From Octopus sinensis (lineage: Eukaryota), in assembly GCF_006345805.1 (NCBI RefSeq), contig NC_043001.1, forward strand, positions 117,614,001 through 117,678,000: 64,000 nucleotides of DNA, in the 5' to 3' direction. Made by a program: the position numbers and the translations under genes. Shown here in pieces: positions 10,736-22,117 of this stretch. The notes beneath the pieces were generated by a model that had not been told where the DNA came from, ran no database searches, and saw only the letters and a list, made by a program, of their open reading frames with translations. Position 1 is the stretch's first letter; the number at the start of each line of letters is the position of its first letter.

Positions 10736-11268
10736 CTGTCGTTGCTGCTGCTGCTATTGTCGTTATTGTTGCCTTTGAGCAGGCTTATAACCAAAGGCAT
10801 TCTAGCTGTGAACATCTAGCATTTTTCTGAAACAAAGTGCACTCAAGACTACATCGCTCAAAGTACTCTTTTCTTCTGAGACGGAAGAGTATGATCTGTG
10901 GAAGATTTAGCTGTTATTTCCTGCATCTTGAATGATTATGTAACAATCTTCTGGAAAGGTAATGGTGTCACAATAAGATCAGAGTTGTGCCAGGTAAGAA
11001 GATATGGAGCCGTATTTTGTTGTCTGTCTACGATTTTAGTTCTTATTTTGACTAAATCGACTTTGCTTTTCATCATTCAAGGGTTGACAAATTAAAGTAG
11101 CATTCAAGTATCGTAGGGAGGGCGTTAAATTGGTGTCCTCGTCTCTTTTCAAATTTTTAGGCAACTCACGAAGTATGAATAAAATTTCGTCTTGTCACCT
11201 GACCATTCCAGCAAAGTTTTATAGTAAAATTACGTACACAGCAAAGTTTTATAGTAAAAAAATGCTTG

Positions 11269-11368
11269 TATAAAACGTGTACAACTCTCTAAATGATTGA
11301 ACTTTCAACAAAGAAAAGCAAAAAGCAAGTATGTCAGGGACCACAAGCACCGCAGGTCTCAGGTAAGA
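11269..11368 (+). promoter_or_regulatory. Candidate TATA promoter plus short first exon, module 2
   Basis: TATAAAA 11269-11275, ATG 11331, 32 nt open (MSGTTSTAGL-), donor AG|GTAAGA at 11362/11363. Confidence 0.45.
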
Positions 11369-11544
11369 GTTTGCAGAAAGCATGTACACATACTTTTTCA
11401 ATTCACTTCTCTCATTAATAAGACTGATAATGCAGTGCATATGAGCGGTACATACGATTCACCTACATTTGCGACTTTTCGTAACTCATCCTGATAAATG
11501 TTTGTCTTGTTATTAATATGTTAAACAATTATAATATATACCTA

Positions 11545-11770
11545 TTTCTTTACTACCCACAAGGGGCTAAACACAGAAAGGACAAACAAGGACAGACAAA
11601 CGGATTAAGTCGATTATATCGACCCCAGTACGTAACTGGTATTTATTTAATCGACCCCGAAAGGATGGAAGGCAAAGTCGACCTCGGCGGAATTTGAACT
11701 CAGAACGTCGCGGTAGACGAAATACCGCTAAGCATTTCGCCCGACGTGCTAACGTTTCTGCCAGCTCGCC
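11545..11770 (-). mobile_element. SINE family D, near full length
   Basis: Reverse complement of the copy at 12988-13210 (GGCGAGCTGGCAGAAACGTTAGCAC...GTTCAAATTCCGCCGAGG...TAGCCCCTTGTGGGTAGTAAAG). Confidence 0.9.
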
Positions 11771-12442
11771 ACAATTATAATATATATATGCAGATTTGTG
11801 TCTGGACCCCGGCGTTGTGTTGTTTCTCTTGGCCAAACTAATTAATCCTCCCAGGCTCGATTCACCAAAGATTATACAGCAATCACCCTCAAGTAAAAAG
11901 AATTACCATAAGCAGTAGGGAATAATATATAATTGACAAATATTTCCGGGCTAAAATTATATCTTCCGACTGACAAAAGGAAAGCAAAGGAAACGACTCA
12001 ATGTATCGTTTTCTTATTAGAACAAGACAATGCTTTCAGTCGATATTGCCAACGTTATATTAAATATTAAGACAATCTTTATTTTTGTTCCAATGAAACT
12101 GATTTCTGTAGCAAGAAACTTTCTGAACCAATAACTACCAGCAATAAACTGAAGCTTTTCAAACGACTAAATTGTCTCTTAGAGTAAAATAAATAAATAA
12201 ATGAATAAATAAAATATAAAATAAAAAGCCTTCAGTTAAGGGAAAGAGAAGATTTTTGTAAAGTTTTCTGGTTGAAGAACGGCAGATTCGCTCTCAGTAC
12301 GAATTATGGAACGGCTGAAATAATCATTCATCGTTATGTAGCCGAAGAAATAAGTACCTGCGAAATACAGGAGTTGAAATAAACCATTGTTACTTCGCCA
12401 CCTCAAACGAGCGGTCTTGTACCCGTGTGAGAAACAGTAATA

Positions 12443-12583
12443 TTAGGTTGTCCCAAAAGTTCGTAAACACTTGCGAAAATTGAATTTTTACTCGCCAAGT
12501 ACTAACAAAAACAACAAAAATTATTCCTCAAAATAAAGACCATTATTTTCCAAGACTTTCTACGAACTTTTGGGACAACCTTA
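12443..12583 (+). mobile_element. 141-bp Tc1/mariner-type MITE, copy 1
   Basis: TIRs TTAGGTTGTCCCAAAAGTTCGTA / TACGAACTTTTGGGACAACCTTA, TA on both flanks; 140/141 identical to 26983-27123. Confidence 0.92.
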
Positions 12584-12819
12584 TAATTACTAACAGAGGC
12601 TCAAAGCCAGAAATTTCAGGGTGGGATGTCGACTAAATCAACTCCAGTATTTCACTGAAATTCATTTTATCAATCTCAGAATTTCAAAAGGAAAATACTG
12701 ACTTCAGCACGATTTGAACCCCGTAAGTTAAGATCGGAATTATAAGGTCAGTCATTTTGACCGACTCTCTCACTCTTCTGAAACACTTAGCTTAGAGACA
12801 AACGTGAATTGGCAGCAAT

Positions 12820-13059
12820 ATGACAGAGCCGTCAAAGCATCTGGTTGAATGTACTGCAGTATTTGTAAGGCGGCGAGCTGGCAGAAACGTTAGCACGCTT
12901 AGCGGTATTTCGTCTGGCGTTACGTTCTGAGTTCAAATTATGACAGAGCCGTCAAAGCATCTGGTTGAATGTACTGCAGTATTTGTAAGGCGGCGAGCTG
13001 GCAGAAACGTTAGCATGCTTAGCGGTATTTCGTCTGGCGTTACGTTCTGAGTTCAAATT
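12820..13059 (+). repeat. 120-bp direct tandem duplication spanning a SINE 5' junction
   Basis: ATGACAGAGCCGTCAAAG...GAGTTCAAATT at 12820 and 12940; one mismatch (CAC/CAT). Confidence 0.93.
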
Positions 13060-13210
13060 CCGCCGAGGTCGACTTTGCCTTTCATCCTTTCGGGGTCGAT
13101 AAATTAAGTACCAGTTGCGCACTGGGGTCAATGTAATCGACTTAATACCTATGTCTGTCCTTGTTTGTCCCCTCTATGTTTAGCCCCTTGTGGGTAATAA
13201 AGAAATAAGT
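12988..13210 (+). mobile_element. SINE family D copy
   Basis: AAGGCGGCGAGCTGGCAGAAACG through TGTGGGTAATAAAGAAATA. Confidence 0.9.
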
Positions 13211-13939
13211 ATTTGTTCCAATCTCCACGTTCTAAGTTCAAATACTGTCATGGTCAAATATAATAGTATTTTCTCTGTAAATATATAGTCTTCATTTTTC
13301 TCCTGTATGTATGTTTGCGTATACTTATATATACCATTCGCCTCATTTCTATTACTAGCCATCAGCTGTAGCAAGGAATCATACATTGCTTCTTCGGTTA
13401 TTAAGGCGGATGGCTGAGAGGTTAAGGATTACGGTTGAGGGATCTATTCCTGGACTGGGTGGTGCGTTACTCTTGAGCAAGGCTCTTCATTTTACGTTGG
13501 TCCTGTCTATCAGCTGAAATGTGTATCAGCCGAGTTTTGGAGTGGTTCTCTTCCTCCAACAGTCCCATTCTGAATGCTCGACTAGGTTTGGGATGGGAAG
13601 GCAGAAAGGATGTGGATGTCTGCTTGCAGATATGTGGTCACCGAAAACAATTAAAAAATGTGGCGGCTCTGCTTTTGTGGTCGTTAAACTGAACAGTCAT
13701 ATGACCAAAGACATTCCAAATCAGACGGTCTCCTCTCTTTTACGGGTATCTAGAAAACAATATCCAATGTATCCTTTACATATTTAAAATTATAGGGTGT
13801 GGTTTGAAAGAGATTTTGCTGCTACTTCTAGCACGCCTAGCAACCACTTAGGGACCGTTTATTGTTGTTATTGATGTTGGTGGTGTCGTGTTGCTATCAT
13901 TGACACTCTCCTCGTTTGATGTTGTTACAGTTATTGTTA

Positions 13940-14084
13940 TTGCTAATGTTGTTGTTGTTGTTGTTACAGCCGTTGCCATTGCCGTGGTTCTAACTGCTGC
14001 TGCTGCTGCTATCGTTGTTGTTGCTGTTGTTGTTTCAACTAGTTTGGTTGTTGTTGTTGGTGGTGGTGGTGGCGGCGGTGGTGT

Positions 14085-14116
<32 letters not shown>

Positions 14117-14128
14117 GGTGGTGGTGGA

Positions 14129-14174
<46 letters not shown>

Positions 14175-14210
14175 GTGGTGTTTGTTGTTGCTGTTGTTCT
14201 TGTTGTTGTT
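13940..14210 (+). repeat. Compound trinucleotide tract (GTT/GCT/GGT/GGC)n
   Basis: Direct read. Confidence 0.95.
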
Positions 14211-16115
14211 GTATGGCTCCAGGCCATTTTATGATCGAGCTGTCCTCTGACACATAAGGGAGTCTGCTGAACGACAAGGTGTGACCCCTAGATCCATCTT
14301 CTCCTCTATATATACTACATCGTCACCAACTCAACACCCAACCACACCCGCCTTCCTAGGCTAAACTAATTCTCTGTTGTTATTGTTAATGCTTCTTTTA
14401 TTGATGTTGTTGTTATTTCTGTTGTTACAACTGCTGCTGCTGCTGCTGCCGATGCTGCTTCCATTGTTGTAGTTATTGTTTACCTCCAGATCCGCCCTGA
14501 TCGAGCAGTCGCATGATCAAAGGCGGCCCTTTTTTTTTCTTGCCTTTTTTTTTTAATACATGCATCCGAAAACCCATTACGTATCCCTCCTCATGCATTG
14601 AGGAATATCTGGCTGTTATTTCTAGCAGCTCGAGTGACTACATAATGGCTACCTTGTTGGCTTGGTGCTGTTACTGATGTTAAAGTTAACGCTTTTATTA
14701 TTATTTATTAATAATAATTTTTCTTTTTGTTTTGTTTTTGTTATGCTTCCTTTTTTTTCTTTTTTTTTTCGCTGCTGCTGCTGCTGTTGCTGGCGCGAAC
14801 GTTAAATGCAGGTTTTTATAGATGGCGCTTTGCCAGTGAAGTGCCGTCATGGTATTGCCTGAGGCTATAAATGCTGTTGTGTCCGTCAGGCACGACTGAT
14901 GATCTCATTGGAAACTGGAGACTGATCAGATAAAGTTATAAATGTGACAAATTACCAGAGTAAGGAGAGGGGGAAGGGTGGATAGGGTGGCAGAAAGATA
15001 GGTTGGAAGAGGGTAAGAGGGTGTAATAGGGGGGTAGTAGGGGCTGACTAGGAGACAGGTTAGCAGGAGGAGATAGTGTGACAAAGACAAAGGCATGGAT
15101 GGAAAGAGAGAGAGAGGGATACGAAGATATAAAAACAGAAATAGACAAAACGAGGACAACAGAGGAGAGAGAGGAGAAAGTACAAATAAAAAGAATCGAT
15201 TAAGAGAGAGAGAAAGAGGAAGCCAAAACAAGAGAGAGAGGGGGGAGATGGAGGGAGAGAGAAGAAACGAAAGGAGTAAACGAAAGCGAAAATTATAAAA
15301 GGAGAGAGATGGGGTACAAAGAAAGGAATGACACATATAGATGTGTGTGTGTGTGTGTGTGTGTAGTGGCATGCTTACAAAAATTGATTTTACGGTTCAG
15401 ATTTCGAATTTTATTAGAAACCAAATTAGCTTTTTAATCTCCCAGAATATTTATAACACATATTAAAATCCGTAATCGCTAGCTTCCACTAGTCGTTGTA
15501 TTTGTATACATTAACAATAAAGTTATCTGAATTCAAATAAATGAAGATTTATATTGAAATATAATTCTTGTGTACTCTCCTAGTGAACTCATTTGATATC
15601 AGAATACACACATATCGAATCAGTGTGATTGTGCACTTAAGAGAACAGCTTATGTTTTTTGTGAGGTTTTGTTTCTTTCTTTCTAAATTTTTTATATTGA
15701 TATCTAGGTTCACACGATTTTTGACAAAGAAGCAGGTCGGCATTGAATAACATATAAAGGGAATTCAGTCTTTGTGAGAATAGAAATAGCTATTTTATAT
15801 TATCAGCACCCGAAACTTTTGAGATTCCATAGTTGTAATTTACAATTCTGTGATTCTTGATACCTTCTAAGAATTCATAAAGCGAAATAGTCAAAATATC
15901 AAAATTGCAGTCTTGAAGAAAGAAGGAAAAAATCAATTCTTTTTGGTCAATCCCAAGTTTGGATAAATTAAGTTTGCCCAGAACATGAAAGAAAAAGGAG
16001 AAATGATTTCAATAAATTAAGAATTAATTTTAAGAATTCTCATACTTGAGAGAAACCTGATCTTTGTTAGCGAAAACGGGGACAAACAACAACGGACATG
16101 CTTGGGGACCTTGTG

Positions 16116-16435
16116 GAAGGCGCGTGGCTTAGCGGTTAGGGTATTCGACTCCCAATTGTAAGGTCGAGAGTTCGATTCCCAGCGGCACGTTGTGTCTTTG
16201 AGAAAGGCTCTGTATCTCAAGTTGCTCCAATCCATTCAGCTGGCAAAAATGAGTTGTACCTGTAATTCAAAGGGCCAACTTTGTCACATTCTGTGTTAGG
16301 CAAAATCTCCCTATGGGTACGCGTGTCTGTGGAATGCTCAGCCACTTGTACATTAATTATTCGAGCAGTCCGTTCCGTTGATCGGATCAAATGGAACACT
16401 CGTTGTCGTAATCGACAGAGAACAAGACACTTTGT
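16116..16435 (+). mobile_element. tRNA-derived SINE (family C)
   Basis: GGCGCGTGGCTTAGCGGTTAGGGTATTCG...GAGAGTTCGATTCCCAGC (A/B boxes), then a GTTGTGTCTTTGAGAAAGGC...CAGCTGGCAAAAATGAG body. Confidence 0.75.
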
Positions 16436-19299
16436 CAGTGCAATGGAGTCGAACATAGATTCTTGCTAATGCGCTGGTGTATCTCAGGTAACATGGTTTT
16501 AGTAGAGTAAGACAACAGGGTAATGCCATTAGTAGGAGAGGTTAAGAAGGTAAAGGAGGATGAAATACTGTAACTGAATAAATTAAGAGAAGTTAGAAGT
16601 TATTCCGTTACTTTTCTAATCTCTCCAATTAACGGTGTTACCCTGCTGTCTTATAGATAATTTCATTTTTAAAATCGTTCTGAATAATATGCAGGATATA
16701 CAAAAGTGAGTGAAGGGAAATAACCTAAGCATGCCGATGGCATGACTTGTGATATATCATATATAGATGTACACAATGGCGTAAAAAATATTCCTCATGA
16801 AATTTTCCTTTTAGTTGGAGAAAGAAAACAAAAACTTAGTGACACATTCGTTTGCGAAACGCAAAGAAAGCATTATTGTATATTTTCAGATAATTTTCTA
16901 TTTATTCAAATTATCAGTTTTTCACTTTATGAATCGCTGACAAATGCTGCTAGGATTTTGTTTACTTTCTCCAACAAGAAAATTTTAATTCGTTGAAAGT
17001 TTTTATTTTTCTTCTTTATTTTTGCGATCGTCTTTCAGTACATGTGTACATACCTAATTTATCTCAGCTCATGACACTGTTTTATTTGAGTTATTTCCCT
17101 TAATTCTATTTTTATCATTTCGATATGTTCGACATTATATCATTTGTTGAAAAACCGTTTTACTATGAACAGTGAAAATTTGCTTCATGTTATTTTCTTG
17201 AATATTAAACTTTGAAACACAGGTCGCAAGAATGTCTTTGTGGTCCAGAAATTCGCCTTGTAACCTATTAGTACCTGGGTGTGCGGCACATGGAACAAAT
17301 ATTTTCAACCGTGGCCTCTGGTCGACCAAAGCCATGTAAGTGAAATTTAGCATACTTGAAAATTTGGAAACTATGCAGAAGCCTGTTGCATGATCTATAA
17401 TATTCTTCTGGGCTTAAACTTAATATGTCACTCTGTTTGACATCACCACCTGAACATTAGATACTTTGAACAGAGTCTCCTCTGAATCGAGCATTCAGGC
17501 TATGACTTCATTCTGAGGATAACTTCATCCTGTCAGTGTTGAAGACTCTGTAAAACGGTATTAAACGATAACCCTCCTCCTCCGCCGCCTCCTCTTCCTC
17601 TGAATGAATGAATGAATGAAGTATTCATACAGTCAAGTTTCAAACTAAAAAAATATGAGCCACTTCTCTATGACAATGATTTAGTTACGTATGGACACTG
17701 CTACCGAATTTCCTCATGATTGCGGCTAATTCACTGATAGCCAGAGGGAAACAAATAGGATTCATCATCTTGACCAGTGAATCAGAGTAGCACATCTTAT
17801 AAGATGCGAACTCGTGACCTTAGTAGCTCAGTAGCTGATTGCTTAACCATTCGGCCGTTGCAAACCCACTTACATATAAAGTTGCATCAATATCCAAACA
17901 AAGATTTCATATCACAGTGAGAACATCAAATTAGCAATCCAACATGAACTGCATATTTATCAGCAAAGCTACAATGAAACGGAGATGGAGTTAGAAACGA
18001 GCAGACATCCTTTCTTGTTGACAGTGAGCAAGAGCGAACTCTTTACATTTTTTCTTTCATATTCCTCTCCCCGACGTTTTTTTTTTTTTTTTACACTTTC
18101 TATCACTGTTTACTTATTTCATTTTTTTTCTTTCTTTCTGTTCGGAAGAGAGGTGTGGGAGAAAGCTTTTACATCAGGACTTTTGCGAGAATACCAATTG
18201 TTTCCCAAATGTTCTAATGCGAAGTAATAACAACGGCGCGTGCAGTGAAGCACGTCTTGATCTAAAGTGGAGAGAGGGCGATCGTCTAAATTTGGGCAAC
18301 TAGTCATGTTAAGAGAAATAAAGAACTGCTGCATCAAATAGCCAGATTGTCGTGGTTGATGTCGTCTTTGTCTTTTTTTTTATTGTTTGTTTTTTCTTTC
18401 TTATTTTTTTTTATCGTATTCGTTGTCATTGTTGTTATTGTTTTATTATTATTGTCTTTGTCGAATTTATTTTGTGTGTTTCTTTATTTGCAACTGATTC
18501 GAACATAGAAGAATCACTTGATACATGTTTTTATCTTGAATAGTTTAAAGCCCGGCTGGCATTTTTTTACGAGATATTTACGGTAAACGTCATGAAATCA
18601 AGCATTGTTGAAAGACCGTAAGCTGCAAATGCTGCCTGAAAAGCTTATCAATTAAAGCAATTCATTAATTCAGAACCGTTGTCCAAATATATAAAATGTA
18701 CTACGTTTTTTTAAATTTTATTTTCATTTCTTTTATTATTTTTTTATTATTATTTTAAGATTTTGGGCGCTCTCTAAAACGTGTATATTTGTGACTATAA
18801 AAAGGAATACTTCTAAATGTTGTTTAGTCTCAGGTCTACCTTGATTTGATAAATCCTGTGATCAAAGGTGTTCCAACTGAGACCATCCCGTACTTTTGGG
18901 AGTAATTGGGAATGCATTATTTGTTACTAATTTTATTTATTTTTTCTTTGGTTCAGACCACCATTGATCAATTAGACCTATGCCAACGACGTTCCAGCCG
19001 TGCCCGTACGCCCTAATGTAAATCAGGAGCTACATTGTTCAATGTATCCTGTGAATTGAGGGTGATGTGGCTGTTATTACTAGCAAGTTGAGTGGCCATG
19101 TCGTGGAAACCCCCTTTGACCCGCCAAACATCTAAACATTGAAAAAGCGAGCTGTTCAGGACAATCATTTCATATATCTAATCTGTAACGATTCAGCTTT
19201 TGAGCTGTTCGATGGAAAACATTTGATAATGAGATCTTGATCCAAGGAAATTAATAAATGTTTCCTTTTTTATTTTCCGAATGTTATTCAACGTTAATG

Positions 19300-19570
19300 T
19301 AATAGCTTCTAAATTCCGCCGAGGTCGACTCTGCCTTTCATCCTTTCGGGATCGATAAAATAAGTATCAGCCACGCCTACGCCGAATATACATTTTTAGA
19401 ACATCAGACGGCGACCTGGCAGAATCGTTTCTGCGCCGGACAAAATGTCTAGCGGCATTTCGTCTGTCTTTACGTTCAAAGTTCAAATTCTGCCGAGGTC
19501 GACTTTCATTTTTTCGAGGTTGATAAAATCAGTACCAGTTGAACACTGGGGTCGATATTACTAGCCTTGA
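19300..19570 (+). mobile_element. Two stacked SINE family D fragments
   Basis: AAATTCCGCCGAGGTCGAC..TCATCCTTTCGG at 19311 and again near 19485. Confidence 0.8.
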
Positions 19571-20159
19571 GCCAAAATTTGAAATCAGTTTATTAGCTCT
19601 GTATGGAACATTGAATAACATCATTTCTGAAGGCGTTTGAATCATGAAAGCTAGATTTCTAGCCACGTTCTCGATTATTTCTTCCTTTCTCAACGCGAGC
19701 CTTAGACCAGCTAAGCTAGCTACCAACTCAGAATTTCGAAGCCGAGGGGTGCTGCGTGATCCTGATTTAGAGTCTATTCCAGGTATTGTCAGCCGAAGCC
19801 AGATGAGCCGAGGTATCTGGTAAGCTGGAGATGTCACTGATATCCACAACTATCAATCTCGCTTTTGTTATTAGTGTTTAGATCCAAGTCAATCTTTATT
19901 GAGCACACTTATGATCAAACGGTTTCCAGCCAAAAACATCACGTATCTTGACTACATTATCCACTACGTCCTTCCTTGTCTAATACATTGGGATTTGATT
20001 TGAGGGAAATGTTGTTTCTCTAGCATGTTGAGCTATGATGTAGAAGTTGCACTTTTAGTTTAAGCCGTTTCAATGACTTTCTGATAAGTTGGTTGAATCC
20101 TTCCAAATCAGAAGATTATCATTTTTCACACAGGCGAAATATATTTTAATATTTACATT

Positions 20160-20325
20160 TACAAAGGCAGCGAGCTTTGTCACATTTCGTCCGTCTTTAC
20201 GGTCTCAGTTCAAATTCTACTGAGGTCGACTTTATCTTTCACCCTTTCGGGGTCGATAAAATAAGTACCAGTTGAGCACTGGAGTCGATGTAACCACATT
20301 AGCCCCTTCCCCAAAACTGCTGGCC
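20160..20325 (+). mobile_element. SINE family D copy
   Basis: AAGGCAGCGAGC...CAGTTCAAATTCTACTGAGGTCGAC...CCTTTCGGGGTCGATAAAATAAGTACCAGT. Confidence 0.82.
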
Positions 20326-20599
20326 AATATTTTCATTTACACTTAATTTCATCCCCAAACATCACTAATCTTATTCCTGAGTGTTTACGCAGTTCCAAAC
20401 TTCTCTGGGTCGAACTTGTAAGCTTCATTTATGAATTAATTTTTTAATTACAAGCCAACCATAATGCTGATCTAGTTGGTAGTAGTAAACACTACAAGGC
20501 CACTGCTGCATGTACAGTTATTGTTGGTAACCTAAATTTTCTGGCAGTAGCCAATTAGTTCGTTATTACCAGTTTTTTGGGGGGTCTTTTTGGCTAGTC

Positions 20600-21010
20600 T
20601 GAAGGAAGGGTCAGCGTCTTTGATTTTTGCTGACTCTCTGACATCAGTGAAATTGATGAAATTAATGTTCCATTTAGACTGTTGCAAACTGAAAACAGCT
20701 GGAAGACATGAGCAGAGATAAAGTCTCTGAGAGTTGACGTTCTGGGAAGGGAGCGCTGGAAGAAGCAGCTACAGTGGGGCAGGGGTGTTGGCATAATATG
20801 AGTGGTGAGAGAAGAAAAGATAGACGATCTAGGAGTACCTGAGTGGATATGAACAGGTATCCCTAAGGAGTAGTGGCTTCTATAGTAGAAGTAGAAAGGA
20901 CGGGAGAGAAAACAGTACTCCATGATGTCTGTGTGTGCAGCAGTAACACTGTCCCAGATGTAGAGGCAGTACTCCATTGTGGTCCTCATCTGAGCTTTAT
21001 AATTTCGAAT
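20600..21010 (-). mobile_element. CR1/Jockey-group LINE 3' RT-domain relic
   Basis: ORF 20594..21076 contains YKAQMRTTMEYCLYIWD (cf. YKAQIRP.MEYC..W), FYFYY and FFQRSLPRTSTL..FISAHVF, typical of the C-terminus of CR1-group ORF2. Confidence 0.7.
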
Positions 21011-22117
21011 TAAAAGTGCACTCCAGCCTGATATATTGAATATATTTAAGAATATCTGATGACCTCCAGAGATCAAACCAAAGTGGATATAAAATTTTCC
21101 ATGTCAAAATAGTTGCTAATAATTTAATCGATTATCAATAAAATAACTCAGATATTTTCTCACTTCCTAGCAATTCACTTCCATACAGGGTATCTCCTTT
21201 ACATTGATTTAACGACAATGTGTTAAACCTGAGTCACTTCACCTGTCCTGATAGCTTTATTATTTAGGTAGAGCAAGCGATTACGAGAGAGAAGAATCGA
21301 TCATTGTACTACTACTTTATTTATCAGACACAAATGGACGAACGGCAAAGTTAATCTCTGCGAGATTTCAGAGCGCAGAAGGAAACAGCGTCGTTTTAAT
21401 GACCCCACCGATTCGCATTCCCTTAAATTGTTAAAAAAACATTCTTACATAACTATACGGTTTTAGGCCGTCGATTGCTATTCAGTTTCAACTTCTATTC
21501 GTCGTTGTCAGCAGGAAAAAATTGAGGGCGAAGAGAGAAATTCCAGAAAGTTCTAGGAGGAAAATGGAAGAACCAGGCAAAAAGTTTAGTAAAAATTTTG
21601 TTGGGTGAAACAGTTTCTACGATGAGATGAGGATAGAGATGAGTGCATTCGATGGGTTTGTGCGGCGGCGGTGACACACAACTTATTAGTTCAAAGGATT
21701 AAGAGTCATTATCGTAGCAGAGATGGAGAGAAGATGCAGCCCTGCAATGAGGCAGGGGTTTGTTAGGTATGTCTAACGCTGCTGCTTTCATTTTTGCCTA
21801 TATTTGTTAGTTATTTATATAATTATTTATTAGACAGCGCTCCACTCATTGTTGATACGATGCCATTGGAGTGAGGCTTGCATTTGGCAAGAAGCATGCA
21901 GTTTCTGTTTCTGTTCACCATTGTCCCTCTCATTAAAAAGAAGCACGATCAAGTCTGAACTGGAAGGAGTGACAGAGAGAGTCAAGTGGTTTCATTAATG
22001 GCTTATCATGATTGGAAAAGCGCATCATTACGGATTGGTCGGAGATAATTGAGGAAACACTTGATAAAGCTTTACAATTGTTAATAATTAGTTAATAATA
22101 TTATCCGTCAATCTTTT

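Noticed and set aside
14896-14925. CTGATGA...GAAAC hammerhead-like motif
   Set aside because: No stem II pairing between the motifs and no stem I or III.
10660-17860. tRNA genes at SINE heads (10660-10735, 16116-16190, 17800-17860)
   Set aside because: A and B boxes are present, but no complete cloverleaf, acceptor stem or poly-T terminator; where a downstream body is recognisable it is SINE-like.
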